Positions 51,725 through 61,861 of a stretch of 64,000 nt of DNA are shown piece by piece; position 1 is the stretch's first letter, and each line of letters opens with the position of its first letter. Made by a program: the position numbers and the translations under genes. Where the stretch lies: assembly GCA_035759945.1 (NCBI GenBank), contig DASTTX010000160.1, positions 22,004-86,003 of the forward strand. The letters run 5' to 3'. The notes under the pieces are model-generated. The model saw nothing but the letters and a program-made list of their open reading frames with translations. It was not told where the DNA came from and ran no database searches. This stretch comes from Candidatus Limnocylindria bacterium. Its GTDB lineage: Bacteria > Chloroflexota > Limnocylindria > QHBO01.

Positions 51725-52977
51725 CGGTCCTCCGCCGCCAAGTCTACCGAGCCCGTTTCGGCCACGGCCCCTCGCGAGAAGGCGAACCACGCGGCTCCGG
51801 CGAGTGCGACCAGGGTGACCATGATCCACGCCGCGACCTGCGGCGGAACGGCATCCGCCAGGAATCCGGCCAGCAGGGTCGACATCGCGATCATGAGGGT
51901 CACGAGAGCGTAGTCGACGCTGAAGATGCGCCCGCGGATCTCGTCCGGCGTCGCACGCTGCAGGCCGAGGGTCGAGAACGTCCATTGCGCGCCGCCACCG
52001 CAGTGCGCCGCGAACACGAGTGGTGCGGCGAGCCAGATGCCCGGCGCCAGCGGGAACAGCGCGTAGCCGACCACGAGCACCAGAAACGACCAGCCGATGC
52101 CCCGGATGAGCCCTCGATCGTCGGTCCCCATCAGCGAGCGGGCGGCAAAGGGGCCGATGAGGGCGCCGAGCCCGCGCGCGGCAAACAGGATGCCGATGCC
52201 GACGTCGCCCGCCCCGAAGACGTTGCGACCGAAGACGGCGAGGAGCGCAACGATGCCGGTCCCGATCCCGAACGATGTCTTGGTCAGGAGAAAGGTGGCG
52301 ACCGTGCGACGCTCGCGCGCGAAGCTGACCGCCGTCTTGATCGCATCCGTGATTCGCGGTCGCGGCGCGTGCCCTGGCTCGCGGGGCAGCTGAAGCGGCC
52401 GGCGGATGCCGACGATGAGGTACGCCGACACCGCGAAGCTGGCCGCGTTGATGACGAAGGCCGCTTCCCTCCCCAGCGTGACGGCGACCAGGCCACCCAG
52501 CGCCGCGCCGATGGCGAGCATGGTCCCCCACGCCGATCCGATGAGCACGTTGGCGGCCGGCAGCTCGTCGGCATCGACGAGGTTCGGGAGCGCCGCCGAC
52601 GAGGTCGGCTCGAAGAAGGCCGCGCCGACGGCCAACAGCAGCACGGCGACGAACGCAATCCACAGCGTCTCGGGCCCGGTTGCCAGCAGGAAGGCGAGCG
52701 CGACCGGGACGCGCGCGAGGTCGGCCGCCACCATCAGCCGGCGCCGGTCGAGCCGATCGGCGACCATGCCCGCCAGCGGTGCGGCGGCCGCGAAGCCGCC
52801 GGTCTGGAGCGCCAGCACGAGCGAGGCGAGCGCCGACGAGCCGGTCATCTCGAGCGCCATGCCCAGGAGCGCCACGGTGGCGAACCAGTCGCCGGCGAAG
52901 CTGGCCAGCTGCGCCACGTAGAGGCGCGTGAAGGCCGGATTGTGGCGGAGAAGGCTAAGGTAGGGCGAGACCTGCAT
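51721..52977 (-). CDS. MFS transporter
   Basis: 12 predicted TM helices and the MFS loop motif GMVADRLDRRRLM (G-x-x-x-D-R-x-G-R-R-like). ATG at 52977 (MQVSPYLSLL). Its stop overlaps the ocd start (ATGA). Confidence 0.8.
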   Translation of the reverse strand: MQVSPYLSLLRHNPAFTRLYVAQLASFAGDWFATVALLGMALEMTGSSALASLVLALQTGGFAAAAPLAGMVADRLDRRRLMVAADLARVPVALAFLLATGPETLWIAFVAVLLLAVGAAFFEPTSSAALPNLVDADELPAANVLIGSAWGTMLAIGAALGGLVAVTLGREAAFVINAASFAVSAYLIVGIRRPLQLPREPGHAPRPRITDAIKTAVSFARERRTVATFLLTKTSFGIGTGIVALLAVFGRNVFGAGDVGIGILFAARGLGALIGPFAARSLMGTDDRGLIRGIGWSFLVLVVGYALFPLAPGIWLAAPLVFAAHCGGGAQWTFSTLGLQRATPDEIRGRIFSVDYALVTLMIAMSTLLAGFLADAVPPQVAAWIMVTLVALAGAAWFAFSRGAVAETGSVDLAAEDR

Positions 52978-53038
52978 CGGCCGGGCATGATCCCATGCGG
53001 CACAGCGCTTGCGATGCTCGGCGGGCAAGGAGGAACCA

Positions 53039-53385
53039 TGATCGACAACGTCCGCGACGACCTCTCGCGACGGACCAACACCGTCCGCAACGAGCTCGAT
53101 GCGCTAAAGTCGCTGATCCGCATGGCGGTCGTCGGGGCCGTGCTGGGCGCCATCTACGTCGAGCTTCGCAAGCCACCGGCGGAGCGCACCTGGAACGGCA
53201 AGCTGCTGGGCGTCGTGCCATATGACTTCCGCCTGCCGTCGCTCGATGCCCTGCGTCAGGCGTACTGGAACCCGCGCTCCCCGAAGATCATCACGCCGCG
53301 CCCGTTGGGCGTCGGCTGGGCCGTCAACATCCCGACCCTTCTCCGTCGTCTCGGCGTCCACAACGAGGTGACCCGCGGCCGCTAG
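53039..53385 (+). CDS. Small membrane protein, DUF5808-like
   Basis: GGAGGAACCATG start context. One TM (LIRMAVVGAVLGAIYV), then PYDFRLPS...AYWNPRSPKIITPRPLGVGWAVN. The upstream 350 aa of track ORF 51985..53385 is antisense to the MFS gene. Confidence 0.55.
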
Positions 53386-53431
53386 TCGCGCGCGGGCGTC
53401 GCCGGGACCTCTCCGCTAGGATCGGCGCCAG

Positions 53432-53881
53432 ATGAGCTGGTTCCCGATCCTGCTGGTGATCCATGTCGCGCTGGCCGTCGCACTGCTGCTTCCGAGCGTG
53501 CTCCTGCCGTTCGTCCTGCGTCGCAGCGACGGCGAGTCGGGCGCATTCACGCGAACGCTCATGGCGATGCAGGGCACCGGCACGCTGATCATCGCCGCGG
53601 GCCTCGCGGTCACCGGCGGAGCGATGCTCTGGATCCTGGGTCCCGAGCTGCTCACCCAGCCGTGGCTCCTGACGGCGTTGACCCTGTACGCAATCAACCT
53701 GGTGATCGCGGCGGTGATCAGCCGCCCGAACCTGCGGCGCCTCATCGGCCTCAGCCACAGCTCAGGCGACGACGAGGCATGGCGTCGCCGAGCGCGGCAA
53801 CAGCGCTACGTCGCGTACGGGATGGCGGGCGTCATCGGCGTCATCGGCTTCCTGATGAGCACGAAGCCGGACCTGTGGTGA
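53432..53881 (+). CDS. DUF2269-like integral membrane protein
   Basis: 149 aa with four hydrophobic segments (MSWFPILLVIHVALAVALLL...). Confidence 0.6.
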   Translation: MSWFPILLVIHVALAVALLLPSVLLPFVLRRSDGESGAFTRTLMAMQGTGTLIIAAGLAVTGGAMLWILGPELLTQPWLLTALTLYAINLVIAAVISRPNLRRLIGLSHSSGDDEAWRRRARQQRYVAYGMAGVIGVIGFLMSTKPDLW

Positions 53882-53885
53882 GCGC

Positions 53886-53990
53886 TTAGAACCGCGGCAG
53901 CGGCAACGGGCGTCCCAGCACGAAGAAGATGCCCGCGACGATCAGGAACATCGCGATCGCGAAGAACAACAGCCAGCGCAGGACTTCCAT
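53886..53990 (-). CDS. Candidate small ORF (34 aa) encoding a single-TM hydrophobic peptide
   Basis: Manual translation gives MEVLRWLLFFAIAMFLIVAGIFFVLGRPLPLPRF. GGAGA sits 7 nt upstream of the ATG. It is below the ORF-track size cutoff, so it was found by eye in the 215-bp gap before mshC. Confidence 0.3.
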   Translation of the reverse strand: MEVLRWLLFFAIAMFLIVAGIFFVLGRPLPLPRF

Positions 53991-54095
53991 GCTCGGTCTC
54001 CGATGTGAGAGGTGGTCGGCAGCGGACTCCCCCGTCGGTGGCCGATTCTATCGGTCCCGTCCAGCCTGCGGCACCCCAGCGCCGACCGCTTTAGA

Positions 54096-55370
54096 ATTCG
54101 CAGCGTGACGCTTCGCCTGTACGATGCCCGCCGGGGCGGACTGCATCCGTTCGAGCCCATCCCCGGCCGGGATCGGGTCGGCCTGTACGTCTGCGGCGTG
54201 ACACCCTACGACACCGGACACGTCGGGCACGCCTTCACCTACGTCAGCTTCGACGTCCTGCATCGGTATCTCGAGTACCTCGGCCATGACGTCGTCTACG
54301 TTCAGAACCTGACCGATGTCGACGACGACATGCTGCGCAAGGCGCGCGAGACCGGCGAGGACTATCTCGCGCTCGGCAACCGATGGGTGACCACGTTCCT
54401 CACCGAGATGGCGGCCCTGAACTGGCTGCCGCCGGACCACTATCCGCGGGCCACCGAACACATTCCGCAGATGCAGGAGCTCATCGGGTCGCTGCTCGCG
54501 AACGGCCTCGCCTACGCCGCCGATGGCAACGTCTACTTCAGCGTCGACGCCGACCCGCGCTATGGCGAGGTGTCGCACCTGCCCCGCGAGGAGATGCTGC
54601 CGATCGCCAACCAGCGCGGCAACGTGCCCGACATGCCGGGCAAGCGTCAGCCGCTCGACTTCGTGCTCTGGCAGCGATCGGCGCCCGACGAGCCGTCGTG
54701 GGAGGCACCCTGGGGTGCCGGGCGGCCGGGTTGGCACATCGAGTGTTCGGCCATGTCGATGGCATACCTCGGGACCCAGTTCGAGATCCACGGCGGCGGC
54801 GGCGACCTGATCTTCCCGCACCACGAGTCGGAGCGGGCGCAGTCGGAGGGCGCAACCGGCGATCGCCCCTTCGTGGGGTGGTGGACGCACGCCGGGATGC
54901 TCAGCTACCAGGGCGACAAGATGAGCAAGTCGCTGGGCAACCTGGTGCTCGTGCGAGATCTGCTCCGCAGCTACTCCGGCGACGCCATCCGGCACTACCT
55001 GGTCAGCCAGCACTACCGCTCCGAGGTCGCCTTCGTCGAGGATGACCTCAAGCGGTCAGCCGATGCCGTCGAGATCCTCCGCCGCGCCTCGCTGCGCGCG
55101 GAGGAAGCCGGCGTGTCGGCGACGCCACGGGACGGCGAGCTCAGCGCCAGCGTGCGCGAGCACTGCACGAGGTTCCTGGCCGCCATGGACGCCGACCTCG
55201 ACACGCCGCGCGCGATGCCCGAGCTCGCGGCGCTGGCTGAGATGGCACTCGCGACCGACGATGCGGCCATGGCCGCGGAGGCCGGCTGGATGGTCCGCGA
55301 GCTGGGCGGCCGCATCCTCGGCCTGCGGCTGGCGGCCGTGCCCGCGGCGCGCAGCACCGTGGCGGCGTGA
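54096..55370 (+). CDS. mshC: L-cysteine:1D-myo-inositol 2-amino-2-deoxy-alpha-D-glucopyranoside ligase (mycothiol ligase) MshC
   Basis: A CysRS paralog lacking the anticodon-binding domain. Motifs shared with M. tuberculosis MshC: LRLYD, YVCG(V/I)TPYD, HVGHA (HIGH), YVQN(L/I)TD(V/I)DD, PGRPGWH, GGGDLIFPHHE, KMSKSLGNLVLV. GTG start at 54096; 424 aa. Confidence 0.8.
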   Translation: MRSVTLRLYDARRGGLHPFEPIPGRDRVGLYVCGVTPYDTGHVGHAFTYVSFDVLHRYLEYLGHDVVYVQNLTDVDDDMLRKARETGEDYLALGNRWVTTFLTEMAALNWLPPDHYPRATEHIPQMQELIGSLLANGLAYAADGNVYFSVDADPRYGEVSHLPREEMLPIANQRGNVPDMPGKRQPLDFVLWQRSAPDEPSWEAPWGAGRPGWHIECSAMSMAYLGTQFEIHGGGGDLIFPHHESERAQSEGATGDRPFVGWWTHAGMLSYQGDKMSKSLGNLVLVRDLLRSYSGDAIRHYLVSQHYRSEVAFVEDDLKRSADAVEILRRASLRAEEAGVSATPRDGELSASVREHCTRFLAAMDADLDTPRAMPELAALAEMALATDDAAMAAEAGWMVRELGGRILGLRLAAVPAARSTVAA

Positions 55371-55909
55371 CCGACGACGATCTCGTCCCGGTCAGCGTCC
55401 GCCTCGGCAACGTCGTCCCACCCGAGGATCCCGAGGACTGGACCCGGCCACTCACCTGGGTCGCCGCGCTCGGGATGCTGGCCGGGCCGCTCGCGGCGTT
55501 CGCCTGGTTCGTGAACACCCCGCCCACCGACGCCGCCCACGCGCTGCCGGCGACCTTCGTCGTGGCGGCTGCGCTGGCCGCAGGTGCCGCCGCGACCGGA
55601 GCGACGCAGATCGGCGTCGCGCGCGCCTGGACGGCCACGCTGGGTGCCGGCCTGTTCGCCGCACTGGTGGTGATCATTCTGGGCGTCGTGATGGCCGGCG
55701 AGCGCCAGGTCGGCTCGGCGTCGCCGACGCTGGCCCACGCGTTCGGTGCGTCGGTCGGCGGCCTCGTCGGTGCTGGCGGTGCGGCGCTGGCAGCCGCGGT
55801 AACCGCGCGGCCACTCCCCCGATCCGTTCGCTTCCTCGTCGGTCTCGTGGTCGGGATCGGGGTGGCACTCGTCGTCGTGGCTGTGTTGATGCCGGAGTCG
55901 GCAACGTAG
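55367..55909 (+). CDS. Hypothetical integral membrane protein
   Basis: 180 aa with 4-5 Ala/Gly/Val-rich hydrophobic segments. It overlaps the mshC stop by 4 nt. Confidence 0.5.
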   Translation: MTDDDLVPVSVRLGNVVPPEDPEDWTRPLTWVAALGMLAGPLAAFAWFVNTPPTDAAHALPATFVVAAALAAGAAATGATQIGVARAWTATLGAGLFAALVVIILGVVMAGERQVGSASPTLAHAFGASVGGLVGAGGAALAAAVTARPLPRSVRFLVGLVVGIGVALVVVAVLMPESAT

Positions 55910-55950
55910 CGCCAACTCGATGGCGCCGGCGGATTCGCGGGAGGGCGCGT

Positions 55951-56979
55951 TCAGCCCAGGCGGCGCTCCGGCCCGGCGGCCGCCTCGGGCTCCTCGACCA
56001 GCAGACACGCGGCGGCATGCTCGGGTCCCACGGCGAAGAGCGGTGGATCGACCGTTGGGCATCGGTCGAAGGCCAGCGGGCAGCGCGGATGGAAGCGGCA
56101 GCCGGACGGGATGTTCGATGGATCCGGCATCTCGCCGCGCAGGATCACCGGCCGCCGACGCAACGACGGGTCCGGTACGGGGACGACCGACAGCAGCGCC
56201 TGCGCGTACGGGTGGCGCGGCTCCGCGAGGACGGCGCGCGTCGGACCGTACTCGACGATCCGCCCGAGGTACATGACCGCGATGCGATCGGCATAGGCGG
56301 CCACGGTCGAGAGGTCGTGGGTGATCATGACCACGCTGATGCCCTGCTCGCGCGCGAGCGCCGACAGCAGGTTGAGGATCTCTGCGCGGATGCTGACGTC
56401 GAGCATGCTCACCGGCTCGTCCGCGATGAGGAGTGAAGGCTGGAGGGCGAGCGCCGCCGCGATGACGATCCGCTGGCGCTGCCCGCCCGACAGCTCGAAC
56501 GGATAGCGGGCCAGGTAGGCATCGACCGGGGTGAGGCCCGCTGACGTCAGGGCACCGGCAACCCGCGTCCGCAGCTCCGCGGACGAGGCGCCGATGCGAT
56601 GCACGCGCAGGGGCTCGGCCACGATCTCGCGCACCGTCATGCGCGGGTTGAGGGACTCGTACGGGTCCTGGAAGACCATCTGCACCCGGCGCCGGAGCAG
56701 GCGCAGGTCGCGCGCCGAGAGGCGTCCCACCTCCGCCCCGTCCAGCAAGACCCGTCCACCGCTCGGCGCCATGAGCCCCATGAGCAGGTTGCCGACCGTC
56801 GTCTTGCCGGAGCCCGATTCCCCGACCAGCGCCAGCACCTCGCCGGGACCGAGCTCGAAGCTCACGCCATCGACCGCCCGCACCGGCTGTGCCGGCCGGC
56901 GAGCCAGCACGTCCGCCAGCGAGCGACGCCCGGGGAACGTCTTGGCCAGGCCCTCGACCCGCAGCAGATGATCGGTCAT
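55951..56979 (-). CDS. Oligopeptide/dipeptide ABC transporter ATP-binding protein (OppF/DppF-like)
   Basis: Walker [10 protein letters not shown], signature LSGGQRQR, and the C-terminal oligopeptide-ABC extension with CxxC ([11 protein letters not shown]). ATG at 56979 ([11 protein letters not shown]). Confidence 0.85.
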   Translation of the reverse strand: MTDHLLRVEGLAKTFPGRRSLADVLARRPAQPVRAVDGVSFELGPGEVLALVGESGSGKTTVGNLLMGLMAPSGGRVLLDGAEVGRLSARDLRLLRRRVQMVFQDPYESLNPRMTVREIVAEPLRVHRIGASSAELRTRVAGALTSAGLTPVDAYLARYPFELSGGQRQRIVIAAALALQPSLLIADEPVSMLDVSIRAEILNLLSALAREQGISVVMITHDLSTVAAYADRIAVMYLGRIVEYGPTRAVLAEPRHPYAQALLSVVPVPDPSLRRRPVILRGEMPDPSNIPSGCRFHPRCPLAFDRCPTVDPPLFAVGPEHAAACLLVEEPEAAAGPERRLG

Positions 56980-58913
56980 GCACGGCGCTCCGCGGGATCG
57001 AGCAGGAAGCAGGATGCGCGGCCGCCAGCAGCCGGATACAGCGGCGGCTCGTTGACGCATCGGTCGAAGACGTGCGGACAGCGCGGCGCGAAGCGGCAGC
57101 CGGACGGCATGGCGTCGAGGCGGGGCGGCGAGCCCGGGATGCCGCGCAGGGGCCGATCAGGGTGCGCCAGGTCCGGGAAGGACTGCAGCAGCTGTTGCGT
57201 GTACGGGTGCTGCGGCGAGGCGAACAGGGTGGCCGCGTCGTTCTCCTCGGCCACCACACCGCCGTACATGACGACGACCCGATCGCAGACCTGCGCCACC
57301 ACGCCGAGGTCGTGGGTGACGAGGATGATGCCCATCCCGAAGTCGCGCGCGATGCCGCCCAGCAGCTCCAGGATCTGGGCCTGGATCATCACGTCGAGGG
57401 CGGTCGTCGGCTCATCGGCGACGATCACGTCGGGGTCGCAGGCGAGGGCGAGCGCGATCATCGCCCGCTGCCGCATGCCGCCGGAGTAGGTGTGCGGGTA
57501 CTCGTTCGCGCGACGCCTGCCGATGCCGACGCGCTCGAGGAGCTCGCCGGCGCGCAGCGCCGCGTCCGCCTTCGACGTGCCGGGCGCGTGCAGGCGGATG
57601 GCTTCCTGGATCTGGTCGCCGACGGTGCGCACCGGGTTGAGCGCGTTCATCGCGCCCTGGAACACGAGCGACAGCCGCGTCCACCGGAACGATCGCAGCG
57701 CGCGACCGTCGAGAGAGAGGAGGTCCTCGCCGTCGAACAGCACCGACCCACCCACCACGCGGCCGCCCGGCGGCAGCAGGCGGAGGATGCCGAGCACGGT
57801 GGTCGTCTTTCCGCAGCCCGACTCGCCCACCAGCCCGAGCGTCTCGCCTCGGCGCAGGTCGAAGCTGACCCGGTCCACCGCACGCAGCGAGCGGCCGCCG
57901 ACGTCGAACTCGATCGACAGGTCGCGCACGCGCAGGATCGGCGCCTCTGCCTCCGTCAGGGGCGGCACCAGCGCGGGGACCGTCCGGTCGCGCGCCACGT
58001 CGGACCCGGGCGCCTCGAGGTGATGGCGCTTCAGGCGCGGGTTCAGGGCGTCCTCCAGCGCGGTGCCGAGCAGCGTCGTGGCCAGCACCACCCACACGAT
58101 CGCGAAGCCCGGTGGCAGCAGCGCCCACCAGGCGCCGGCGCTGACCGCCCCGCGGTCGAACGCGAAGTTCAGCATCTGGCCCCAGCTGATGACCGTCGGA
58201 TCGCCGAGGCCGAGGAAGGCGAGCGTCGACTCGGACAGGATGGCGAGGCTGATCACGAGGACCATGTTGGCCAGCATCAGCGGGAGCACTGCCGGGAGGA
58301 TGTGCCGCCGCAGGATGTGCGCGTCGCCGGCGCCGATGGCCCTCGCGCGCATGACGAACTTGCGCTCCCTCACGCTGAGGGTCTGGGAACGCACCAACCG
58401 TGCGGTCGTGGTCCAGCCCAGCGCCCCGATGACGAAGATGATCGTGCCCAGCGAGGGGCCGATGATCGCCACCAGCACGATCTGCAGCGCCAGGTCCGGG
58501 ATGACGAGGAAGAAGTCGGTGATCCGCATCAGCAGCGAGCCGACCCATCCGCCGCGGTAGCCGGCAACGATCCCGACGAGACCCCCGATGACGAGCGCGA
58601 TGGCGGCGGCCGAGAAGCCCACCACCAGCGACACGCGCGCGCCGTAGAGGAGCGAAGAGAGGACGTCCTTGCCGCCGTCATCGGTCCCCAGCACGTGGGT
58701 CGCCGAGGGTGCCTGGTAGATGTCCAGGATGTTGACCCGCACGCTGGCGTACGGGTCGTACGGCGCCAGCAGCGGCGCGAACGCGGCCACCAGCAGCGCG
58801 ATGCCGAGCATCGCCGCGCCGATGACGCCCATGCGATGGCGCAGGAACGACCGCCAGGCACGTGGCGGCGCCTCGACCGTGGTGGACGTCGTGGCCTCGA
58901 GCACGGCCGTCAT
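56976..58913 (-). CDS. Fused peptide ABC transporter permease (OppC/DppC-like) + ATP-binding (OppD/DppD-like) protein
   Basis: N-terminal ~300 aa with six TM segments and an EAA-like loop. The C-terminal ABC domain has [23 protein letters not shown] and [11 protein letters not shown]. 645 aa; it overlaps the oppF-like start by 4 nt. Confidence 0.85.
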   Translation of the reverse strand: MTAVLEATTSTTVEAPPRAWRSFLRHRMGVIGAAMLGIALLVAAFAPLLAPYDPYASVRVNILDIYQAPSATHVLGTDDGGKDVLSSLLYGARVSLVVGFSAAAIALVIGGLVGIVAGYRGGWVGSLLMRITDFFLVIPDLALQIVLVAIIGPSLGTIIFVIGALGWTTTARLVRSQTLSVRERKFVMRARAIGAGDAHILRRHILPAVLPLMLANMVLVISLAILSESTLAFLGLGDPTVISWGQMLNFAFDRGAVSAGAWWALLPPGFAIVWVVLATTLLGTALEDALNPRLKRHHLEAPGSDVARDRTVPALVPPLTEAEAPILRVRDLSIEFDVGGRSLRAVDRVSFDLRRGETLGLVGESGCGKTTTVLGILRLLPPGGRVVGGSVLFDGEDLLSLDGRALRSFRWTRLSLVFQGAMNALNPVRTVGDQIQEAIRLHAPGTSKADAALRAGELLERVGIGRRRANEYPHTYSGGMRQRAMIALALACDPDVIVADEPTTALDVMIQAQILELLGGIARDFGMGIILVTHDLGVVAQVCDRVVVMYGGVVAEENDAATLFASPQHPYTQQLLQSFPDLAHPDRPLRGIPGSPPRLDAMPSGCRFAPRCPHVFDRCVNEPPLYPAAGGRASCFLLDPAERRA

Positions 58914-58917
58914 CGGC

Positions 58918-59925
58918 TCATCCCTCGCTCACCCGTGGGTCGAGCCAGCCGTAGATGAGCTCGGCCACCAGGTTCGCGACGACCACCGACAGTGCGATGA
59001 GCAGGAAGGCGCCCTGGAGCACCGGGTAGTCGCGGTCCGCGACGGCGCTCACGGTCAGCGCACCGAGCCCCGGCCAGCTGTACACGGCCTCGACCTGGAT
59101 GGCGCCGGACACGGTGAACCCCAGGTTGAGCGCGATGAGCGTGACCATCGGCAGCATCGCGTTGCGCAGGGCGTGGTGACGGATGATCCGGTAGGTGGAG
59201 AGGCCCTTGGCCCGGGCGGTGAGGATGTAGTCCTCGCCGAAGACGTCGAGCACGCTGCTGCGCATGATGAGCATGTACTCACCCAGGAGCACGAGGGTCA
59301 GCGTCAGCGTCGGCAGGATGAGGTGCGAGCCGATGTCGAGGGCGGCCTCCCAGACATCGGCGTAGTCGGCGCCGATGGTGACCCGTCCGGCGGAAGGCAG
59401 CCCGAACCAGTGCGCGCCGGCCACCAGCAGGATGATGCCCAGGAAGAACGTGGGGAGCGACCACATGAAGAGGCTGAAGGTGAGCGCGCCGACGTCGAGC
59501 GCCCGACCGCGCCGCCAGGCGGCGAAGAGGCCGAGCACCGAGCCGAGGATGATCGCCAGCACCTGCGAGGGCAGCACGAGCCACAGCGTGTTGACCAGCG
59601 CCTGGCCGATGAGATCGCTGACCGGCTGGTCGCGGAATGCGTAGCTGGTCCCGAGGTCGGCGCGCGAGAGGGCGCCCAGGTAGGCCGTGAACTGCGAGTC
59701 GAGCGGGTTGTCCGCCTGGAGATCGATGAAGACGGGCTTGTCAGTTCCGAAGCGCTCGCGGAGCGCCTCGACCGCCGCCGGATTGAGCCGCGGATCCCGG
59801 AGGCCGGATTTGGCCGGATCCCCGGGCAGCACGCGGAAGAGGACGAAGTTGAAACTGATGACCACGAAGACGGTGAGCACCGCCCAGCCGATCTTGCGCA
59901 GCAGGTAGCCGCCGCGGCCGCTCAT
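58918..59925 (-). CDS. Peptide ABC transporter permease (OppB/DppB-like)
   Basis: Six TM segments and an EAA loop (ILTARAKGLSTYRIIRHHALRNA). Confidence 0.85.
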   Translation of the reverse strand: MSGRGGYLLRKIGWAVLTVFVVISFNFVLFRVLPGDPAKSGLRDPRLNPAAVEALRERFGTDKPVFIDLQADNPLDSQFTAYLGALSRADLGTSYAFRDQPVSDLIGQALVNTLWLVLPSQVLAIILGSVLGLFAAWRRGRALDVGALTFSLFMWSLPTFFLGIILLVAGAHWFGLPSAGRVTIGADYADVWEAALDIGSHLILPTLTLTLVLLGEYMLIMRSSVLDVFGEDYILTARAKGLSTYRIIRHHALRNAMLPMVTLIALNLGFTVSGAIQVEAVYSWPGLGALTVSAVADRDYPVLQGAFLLIALSVVVANLVAELIYGWLDPRVSEG

Positions 59926-60010
59926 ATGGCCGACCTATCGGTTGGCGCTCGGGTCACCATGAGGCGCCGGAACCGGCCGAGGCGTCTGCCGACGCCCCGG
60001 CCGCATCGGT

Positions 60011-61735
60011 CTATTCGGCCGGTCGGAGGGCGAGGAGCCCGGACGGATCCTCGAATCCGAGCGTCGGGTCGTCCTCCGGCCAGCCGACGAACTTGTCCGT
60101 TCGCCAGGCCTGAATCGACTGCTGGTAGTACGGAATGATGTACGGCAGGTCGTCGATCAGGATCTGCTGCATCTGGTGAATCATGTCGACCCGTGCAGCG
60201 TGGTCCTGCTCGACGGCCTGCGCGTCGTACAGCTCGTCGTACTCGGGGTTGCAGTACCCGGTCTCGCTGAAGCCGGTGTCGATCTCGGTGCACAACGCGA
60301 CACCGAGCAGGAAGGCGGGATCGGGATCCGAGCCCCAGCCCCACAGGATGATGTCGTAGTCAAAGGTCGGGCAGCACACGCTCGTCAGCGTGTCCGGATC
60401 GAGGCCCTGGATCTCGACCGCGATCCCGATCTGCTCCCACATGCCCTGGAGCAGCTCGGCCTCGCGGGGGGCGGTGTCGATGTCATCCGCGTAGTTGAAG
60501 CGGAAGGTCAGGTTCTCGCAGTCCTGGTCTGGCAGGCACTCGCGCACGCCGTCGCCATCGGCGTCCTCGTAGCCGGCGTCATCGAGCAGGGCGTTGGCCG
60601 CGTCGATGTCGAAGGCGTAGTCCTCCACGTCGGAGGCGTAGTAGTCGCCGAGGCCGGGCGGGACCATCGACAGGCCCGGCGAGCCGGTTCCGAGCGTGGC
60701 GACGTCGATGATCTGCTGCTTGTCCGTCGCCATTGCCATCGCCTGGCGCACCGCCAGGTCCTTCAGCGCCGGATGGCCGGAGCAGACGCCGACGTCGGCC
60801 GGGCAATCCTCGTCGGCCGTGACGTTGAACATGATGTCGCGCAGGCTGCCGCCGGCGGCGATGTCGGCGATGTGGACCGTGATGCCCTCCGTGTTCTGGA
60901 GGGTGCTGACGGCGGTCGCCGGGAATTCGGTGATGGCGTCGACGTCACCGGTGGTCAGCGCGGTCACGCGCGCATCGGCGTTGTCGATGGTCTGGAAGAT
61001 CACGCCATCGACGTTCGGCGGCGTGCCCCAGTAGTCCGTGTTGGCCTCGAGCTGCACGAACTCGCCCTGGGACGCCTCGGCCAGGCGAAACGGCCCGGAG
61101 CCGATCATCTCCTCGTTCTCGAAGGCGACCGGGTCGTCGACGCCCTCCCAGATGTGCTTCGGCAGGACATAGATGAAGGCCATGTAGGCCTCGAAGGTCA
61201 CGAGCGGCTCGGCGGTGGTCAGCACCACCGTCGTGGCGTCAGGCGCCTCGACCGTCTCGAACGGAGCGGCATACGACGGGAGGAACGGGAAGTCCTCGGT
61301 GTCGCGGTAGAGCTCGATGCTGAAGGCGACGTCCTCCGCGGTGAGTGGCTCGCCGTCGTGGAAGGTCGCGCCGTCGACGATCGTGACGGTCCAGGTCAGG
61401 CCGTCATCCGACACCGTCCAGTCGGTGGCGAGCTCCGGAACGAACTCGCCCGCCGAGGTGACGGAGATCGGCGTGTCGTAGACCAGCTCGTACATGTTGT
61501 ACGACTCGGCCAGCACGCCGTTGCCGGGGTTGAGGCTGTCCGGATAGCCGCCCACGCCGATGCGGACGGTACCCCCGGTGGCGGTCCCACCACCGCCGCT
61601 CGATGCTGACGGCTCGCCGTCACCACCACTGCCGACGGGTGTTCCCTGGGTGGTCCCACAGGCGGCAAGCAGCAGCCCGAGCGTCACGAGAAGCGAAAAC
61701 AAGCGATGGCGTCGCACGTCGGTCAATTCCTCCAA
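60011..61735 (-). CDS. Peptide/nickel family-5 ABC transporter substrate-binding lipoprotein
   Basis: Signal peptide plus lipobox LLAAC. It has the SBP_bac_5 pattern (DYWGTPPNVDGVIFQTI...). 574 aa. Confidence 0.85.
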   Translation of the reverse strand: MEELTDVRRHRLFSLLVTLGLLLAACGTTQGTPVGSGGDGEPSASSGGGGTATGGTVRIGVGGYPDSLNPGNGVLAESYNMYELVYDTPISVTSAGEFVPELATDWTVSDDGLTWTVTIVDGATFHDGEPLTAEDVAFSIELYRDTEDFPFLPSYAAPFETVEAPDATTVVLTTAEPLVTFEAYMAFIYVLPKHIWEGVDDPVAFENEEMIGSGPFRLAEASQGEFVQLEANTDYWGTPPNVDGVIFQTIDNADARVTALTTGDVDAITEFPATAVSTLQNTEGITVHIADIAAGGSLRDIMFNVTADEDCPADVGVCSGHPALKDLAVRQAMAMATDKQQIIDVATLGTGSPGLSMVPPGLGDYYASDVEDYAFDIDAANALLDDAGYEDADGDGVRECLPDQDCENLTFRFNYADDIDTAPREAELLQGMWEQIGIAVEIQGLDPDTLTSVCCPTFDYDIILWGWGSDPDPAFLLGVALCTEIDTGFSETGYCNPEYDELYDAQAVEQDHAARVDMIHQMQQILIDDLPYIIPYYQQSIQAWRTDKFVGWPEDDPTLGFEDPSGLLALRPAE

Positions 61736-61861
61736 CCAAGACTGCGCCGCGGCGATGCCCGGGGCGGGGACGGCCGCATCGATGCGCGGAGGATGGCAGA
61801 TTCTGCGGTTTCGGTCGACCTTTTCCCGCGATGCTGCGGATTCGGTGCATACTCCGCGACC

